In this document: piece by piece, positions 60,009 through 64,000 of the stretch
How the letters are laid out: every line of letters begins with the position of its first letter
How positions within the stretch are numbered: position 1 is the first letter of the stretch
DNA from: an uncultured Phycisphaerales bacterium
GTDB taxonomy: Bacteria; Planctomycetota; Phycisphaerae; Tepidisphaerales; Tepidisphaeraceae
Direction of reading: 5' to 3'
Length of the DNA: 64,000 bases
NCBI GenBank assembly: GCA_963758525.1
Contig: CAVWVQ010000003.1
Span: 224,001-288,000 of the forward strand
The notes under the pieces: model-generated
The model's input: only the letters and a program-made list of their open reading frames with translations
Told to the model about the DNA's origin: nothing
Database searches by the model: none
Translations under genes and position numbers: made by a program

Positions 60009-60936
60009 ATGGAGAGTGCGACGCTGGTTGCGGAAATGGATGACGTGGCTGCGGCTGCGGTGCAGCCGATCGGCGCGCCGGCGTCGGCCCGTATCGCCGA
60101 TTTCGTCGCGCTGACCAAGCCACGGATGAACTTCCTCGTCGTGGTCACGACCGGTGTCGGCTATTTCATGGCCGCTCGCGGGTCGGGAGAATGGGGCCGG
60201 CTGATCAACACGCTGGTTGGCACCGCCCTTACTGCGGCGGGCGCCAGCGTCCTGAATCAATACTCCGAGCGCGAACTCGATTCGCGAATGGTGCGGACGC
60301 AGGACCGCCCGCTCCCCGCTGGCCGGGTGATGCCGATTGAAGCGTTGATCTGGGGCGTGTTGCTCGCGACGGTCGGGACGCTCGAGCTGCTCCTGTTCGT
60401 CAATCCGCTTACCGCGGCGCTGGCGGCGTTCACGCTCGCCACCTACGTCTTTCTCTACACGCCCCTCAAACGCGTCAGTACCCTCTGCACCATCGTCGGG
60501 GCGGTCCCCGGCGCCGTCCCGATCCTGATGGGGTGGACTGCAGTCCGCTCTTCGCTTTCGCCCGAAGCGATCGCCCTCTTCGGCATCATGTTTCTCTGGC
60601 AAATGCCGCATTTCCTGGCCATCGCAATCCTCTACCGCGAGGACTACGTCGCGGGCGGCTTTAAGATGCTTCCGGTAGTCGATCCCACGCTGCGCACCAC
60701 CGCCGGGCAGATTGTTCTGTACGCCGCGGCGCTGATTCCCGTCAGCCTGCTCCCGACGCTTCTTCAGACGGCCGGCGTCATTTATCTCACCGCCGCGATT
60801 TTTCTGGGGCTCATCTTCGCCGGTTTCGGCGCGCTGCGCCCAGAGCCGTGCTCGCCCGGAAGCGCGTCAGCTCTTTCTCGCGTCGATCGTCTACCTGCCA
60901 TTGCTTCTGCTCGCGATGATGGTCGACAAACTCTGA
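60009..60936 (+). CDS. ctaB: Protoheme IX farnesyltransferase (frameshift ~60835)
   Basis: LTKPRM, MVRTQDRPLP.GR, YTPLKR, WQMPHF; C-terminus ARQLFLASIVYLP in a shifted frame. Confidence 0.92.
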
Positions 60937-60945
60937 CGGTATTCA

Positions 60946-61884
60946 GTGAACGAGCCCATCGTCCAGATTGCCCATTTGACGCATTCTTACGATCAGCGCA
61001 AAGCGCTGGACGATCTGTCGCTCACGGTAAACAGCGGCGAAATCTTCGGGTTTCTCGGGCCGAACGGGTCAGGCAAGACAACGCTGTTCCGCATCCTCGC
61101 GACGCTCATTCCACCCCCCGCCGGGCACGTGAGGATTCTCGGCGTCGATCCCGCCGTCGAGCGGGATTTCGTTCGCGCGCGGCTTGGCGTCGTGTTTCAA
61201 TCTCCCAGTCTCGATAAGCAGCTCACCGCCCGTGAAAACCTGTTGCATCAGGGCCATCTCTACGGACTGCGCGGCGCGGACCTGCGCGGGCGGATCGACC
61301 GCGCCCTCGAAGCCGTCGGCCTGGGCGATCGCGCGGCGGAGCGCGTCGAACGTTTCAGTGGCGGCATGCGGCGGCGCGTCGAAGTCGCCAAGGGACTGCT
61401 GCACCGGCCGCGCGTTCTGCTGCTCGACGAGCCAAGCACCGGCCTCGACCCCGCCGCCCGCATCGACCTGTGGCAGCATCTGCGGCAGATCAACCGCGAC
61501 CAGGGCGTCACCATCCTGGTCACCACGCATTTAATGGAAGAAGCCGACAAATGCGCCCGCCTGGCCGTCATGGCCAGCGGCCGGATGCTGGCGTGCGATA
61601 CCCCCGCGGCTCTGAAAGAACAGATCGGCGGGGATGTGATTACGCTCACGACCCAGCACCTGGCAGAACTCCGCGAGATTCTCCGCGAAAAGCTCGGCGT
61701 TGAGCCGATCGAAGTCGATCAAACCCTTCGCCTGGAGCGGACGCGCGGGCATGAGTTCGTTCCGCAACTCATTGAATCCGCGCCCGGACTGATTGACTCG
61801 GCTTCCGTCGGCAAGCCCACGCTGGAAGATGTCTTCATTCGCCTGACGGGTCATCGCCTGCGCGACGAATCCCCGCCGCAGTGA
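60946..61884 (+). CDS. ABC transporter ATP-binding protein (DrrA-like)
   Basis: GPNGSGKTT, FSGGMRRR, LLLDEPSTGLD, TLEDVFI. Confidence 0.93.
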   Translation: MNEPIVQIAHLTHSYDQRKALDDLSLTVNSGEIFGFLGPNGSGKTTLFRILATLIPPPAGHVRILGVDPAVERDFVRARLGVVFQSPSLDKQLTARENLLHQGHLYGLRGADLRGRIDRALEAVGLGDRAAERVERFSGGMRRRVEVAKGLLHRPRVLLLDEPSTGLDPAARIDLWQHLRQINRDQGVTILVTTHLMEEADKCARLAVMASGRMLACDTPAALKEQIGGDVITLTTQHLAELREILREKLGVEPIEVDQTLRLERTRGHEFVPQLIESAPGLIDSASVGKPTLEDVFIRLTGHRLRDESPPQ

Positions 61885-61890
61885 GATTGG

Positions 61891-62220
61891 CTACTCCCGC
61901 TCCGCGATCCTGACATTGAAGCTTTGTGCGCCGATCTGCAACCCATTTCCGCTATCCGGCTTGACGTGCCCATTAAGTCCGTAGAAGACCTGCTTGCCAT
62001 GCCGGCGATTGCTGATGAGATTTCGCATGCGAAGCAGGCCCAGATGATGACTCACCGTCGGCTGCGGAAGCCCAAGCTCGTCGCAGAGGCTCGTTACATT
62101 TCGTTCGCCGCTCGCCAGCAACAGCAGAATGTTAAGGCGTGTCTTATCTGACAGAAGCCGGAATAATTCCACCAGTCCGTCCAATTCGCGTCCGGACGCC
62201 CCTGTCCCTCGCTTTTGCAT
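61891..62220 (-). CDS. ArsR/SmtB family transcriptional regulator
   Basis: FRLLSDKTRLNIL...PQPTVSHHLGLLR...GKQVFY. Confidence 0.9.
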   Translation of the reverse strand: MQKRGTGASGRELDGLVELFRLLSDKTRLNILLLLASGERNVTSLCDELGLPQPTVSHHLGLLRMRNLISNRRHGKQVFYGLNGHVKPDSGNGLQIGAQSFNVRIAERE

Positions 62221-62478
62221 GCACAAATCTCCTCGCGTAGGTGCGGAGCCATGTCGGTTCGTGCAATCATAGGGATCACCATCACTCGTCGTCAAAAGAA
62301 CCGCTCCGTTTTTTCCGCCTCCCAGCGAGAGCGTGTGATTCTGAAGCTGCCGCCCGTCTGCAAGCGGGGCTTTTATCGTTCAGTGACGCCGATTGCGCCG
62401 GCAAAAACGGCTGGATAACTTATTTTTGGGGCGGCTACAGGGACTTTTCGTAGATGTCGAGGCCGATGAAGTATTTCA

Positions 62479-62721
62479 TCACCACTCGGGATTGGCAGTG
62501 GGAGGAGGATCGTCGGGGATGTCGAAGGGTTCATTGGCGAAGGAGCCGGCAGTCCGCTCGAAATATCCCGGCGGCCATCCCCTGCTGTCGGTCGGGCGCG
62601 AGGCAACGCCGCCTTGGCGAACCAAGGCCATCGCGTCGCGGACAAGGCGCTCGAGCAACGAAGCCGCGCGGGCGTCCAACTTCTGAAGCGTCTCTTCGAG
62701 TTCCGATGTCACGCTGCTCAT
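62479..62721 (-). CDS. Small hypothetical protein, antitoxin-like
   Basis: 80 aa ending GWPPGYFERTAGSF...; its stop overlaps a very short MKYFIGLDIYEKSL frame. Confidence 0.55.
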   Translation of the reverse strand: MSSVTSELEETLQKLDARAASLLERLVRDAMALVRQGGVASRPTDSRGWPPGYFERTAGSFANEPFDIPDDPPPTANPEW

Positions 62722-62978
62722 GACCAACATCCTACTGCGAAAATCCCCGCCAGCGTCCGGCGGTTCTTCGCGGGGCGAGGCAACACGTCCTCGAATTCCG
62801 ACTCCGCTGACTTCGGAGCCAGTTTGGCACGCCGGGCGGCGAGTCGATAGCGGGCGCAGGCTCGCCATGCTCGGTCGCCTGGCCCTGGCTCATAGCGGAG
62901 ATCCGCGGACCAACTGCTCACCAGCAACACATGTCGAGCTTGAGCCATCGCGGTCTCTTGCGTGCGCCGGCCTCGTCC

Positions 62979-63680
62979 TCAATCGGGATATTCGTCGGAA
63001 CCCTGCACCCACATGAATGACTGGAGGTCAATCATGTCGCGGGGGCGGAGGTCGTGGACGTCGCGGCGTATGGTTCGGGCGAAGGCAAGCAGGCTGTTGT
63101 AAGTCGCGTAATTCGGGCGCGATTCATACCGAAAGGGAAAGCCATAGGCGTCGGCGGCGGCTCGCGTCACGTTCGGCTTCAGGAAGATGTGCCGCTTGGG
63201 CTGGGCAATGAACCCGAACACCGTGAGCAGCGGCCAGGTGAGAACGCGCGTCTGGCGGCGGGGAAGGCTGGCGACGGCGTCGCACCAATCGTTGAACTTG
63301 CGCTCGGGCTCGCCCTCAGCGTGGAGAAAGTCATACAAGGCAGTGGAAAACGCCCTAGCACCGGGTGCGGATTTGACCGCGTCGCGAAGAGCCATTTTTT
63401 CGAAGGAGAACAGAAGATTGGTGCGCGACTCGACGCGGACAGCGCGAGTGGCGGCCTCCCCGTATCGGCCCTCGCCCAGGAGGGACTCGAACGCGTCGCG
63501 CCCCAATTCGGTTTCCCATTGCTCGTGAGCATGGTACTTGTAGTTCCGCTCCCAGTTGAGGTAGGTCTCGTCACGGAAGCCGCCCGCGAAAAACCGCAGG
63601 AACTTGCGACGACAGCGGGCGGCAAGAGAGCGGGACGATACGGAGGGGTGTCGGGGAGCGGTGGCTTCCAACGTGGCCAT
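62979..63680 (-). CDS. Conserved hypothetical protein
   Basis: RBS GAGGAG; GGFRDETYLNWER.YK ... FLKPNVT ... PRDMIDLQSFMWV; globular composition. Confidence 0.75.
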   Translation of the reverse strand: MATLEATAPRHPSVSSRSLAARCRRKFLRFFAGGFRDETYLNWERNYKYHAHEQWETELGRDAFESLLGEGRYGEAATRAVRVESRTNLLFSFEKMALRDAVKSAPGARAFSTALYDFLHAEGEPERKFNDWCDAVASLPRRQTRVLTWPLLTVFGFIAQPKRHIFLKPNVTRAAADAYGFPFRYESRPNYATYNSLLAFARTIRRDVHDLRPRDMIDLQSFMWVQGSDEYPD

Positions 63681-63689
63681 GCCTGCTCC

Positions 63690-64000
63690 TCATGCGCTGC
63701 CCATTTCGGATCTCGCCACGCCGCCAAAAAGCCGCGAGCGGCGGGAGTCGCCGTTGCCGAAGGGTCGGTCGGAATGTGAGGTGTCGTGGCCCCGGCGGTA
63801 GAGCGCTATGCCCGCCGCCACGGCGGCTACGCCGAGGAGCGTACGAACCGAAGGCTTTGGCATCCATCGCATGACGTCCACCACCAGGCGCGGCGGCTCC
63901 TGAGGTTGAGGTGCGGACTCAGTCGCGCGGGACGAGGGGAATTCCGGCTCGAGATCTTGGCCCGCGAACAGCCGGATGATGGCGGTGACGAACGGCTTGA
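63690..64000 (-). CDS. 3' end of a gene entering from beyond the window (possibly PfpI/DJ-1 family with a membrane-associated tail)
   Basis: Frame open from the window end: KPFVTAIIRLFAG...RTLLGVAAVAAGIALYRR...stop at 63690. Confidence 0.5.
   Translation of the reverse strand, partial: KPFVTAIIRLFAGQDLEPEFPSSRATESAPQPQEPPRLVVDVMRWMPKPSVRTLLGVAAVAAGIALYRRGHDTSHSDRPFGNGDSRRSRLFGGVARSEMGSA

Noticed and set aside
62435..62479. IS110-like N-terminus MKYFIGLDI
   Set aside because: It is only 14 codons with no further transposase sequence, too short to call.

Overview
GC-rich bacterial chromosome segment, most likely from a planctomycete of class Phycisphaerae (Tepidisphaerales-like). This is inferred from a CxxCGYDLR..RCPECG zinc-ribbon membrane protein, an LpxC-FabZ fusion, a DUF1800/DUF1501 pair and TTQP-like tails. 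The backbone is mostly housekeeping: SRP RNA, gpsA, an exopolysaccharide/exosortase locus (wza, exosortase, epsI-like, giant TPR gene, wzc), lpxC-fabZ/lpxA, sirC-ccsA-hemA, aroF-tpiA-secG-yicC-gmk-rpoZ-coaC-pfkA, pyrR-pyrB-pyrC and ctaA-ctaB. Many conserved genes carry single-base frameshifts, probably long-read assembly errors. The unusual content is the small-element mobilome. (1) An intact GxxExxY PD-(D/E)XK nuclease gene sits inside the pyr operon between inverted arms of tandem CGCGAAG(A/G) octamers, and the window holds short gene-less copies with the same arms, one of which keeps the ribosome-binding site, start codon and last codons of the nuclease gene. This looks like an autonomous/non-autonomous mobile-element pair built on a nuclease not established as a transposase. 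(2) Several other palindromic repeat families are present, two of them translated in frame inside one membrane-protein gene. (3) There are two decayed RAYT transposases and an IS5 element that splits a disordered-protein gene. All calls come from reading the sequence; no database searches were run.
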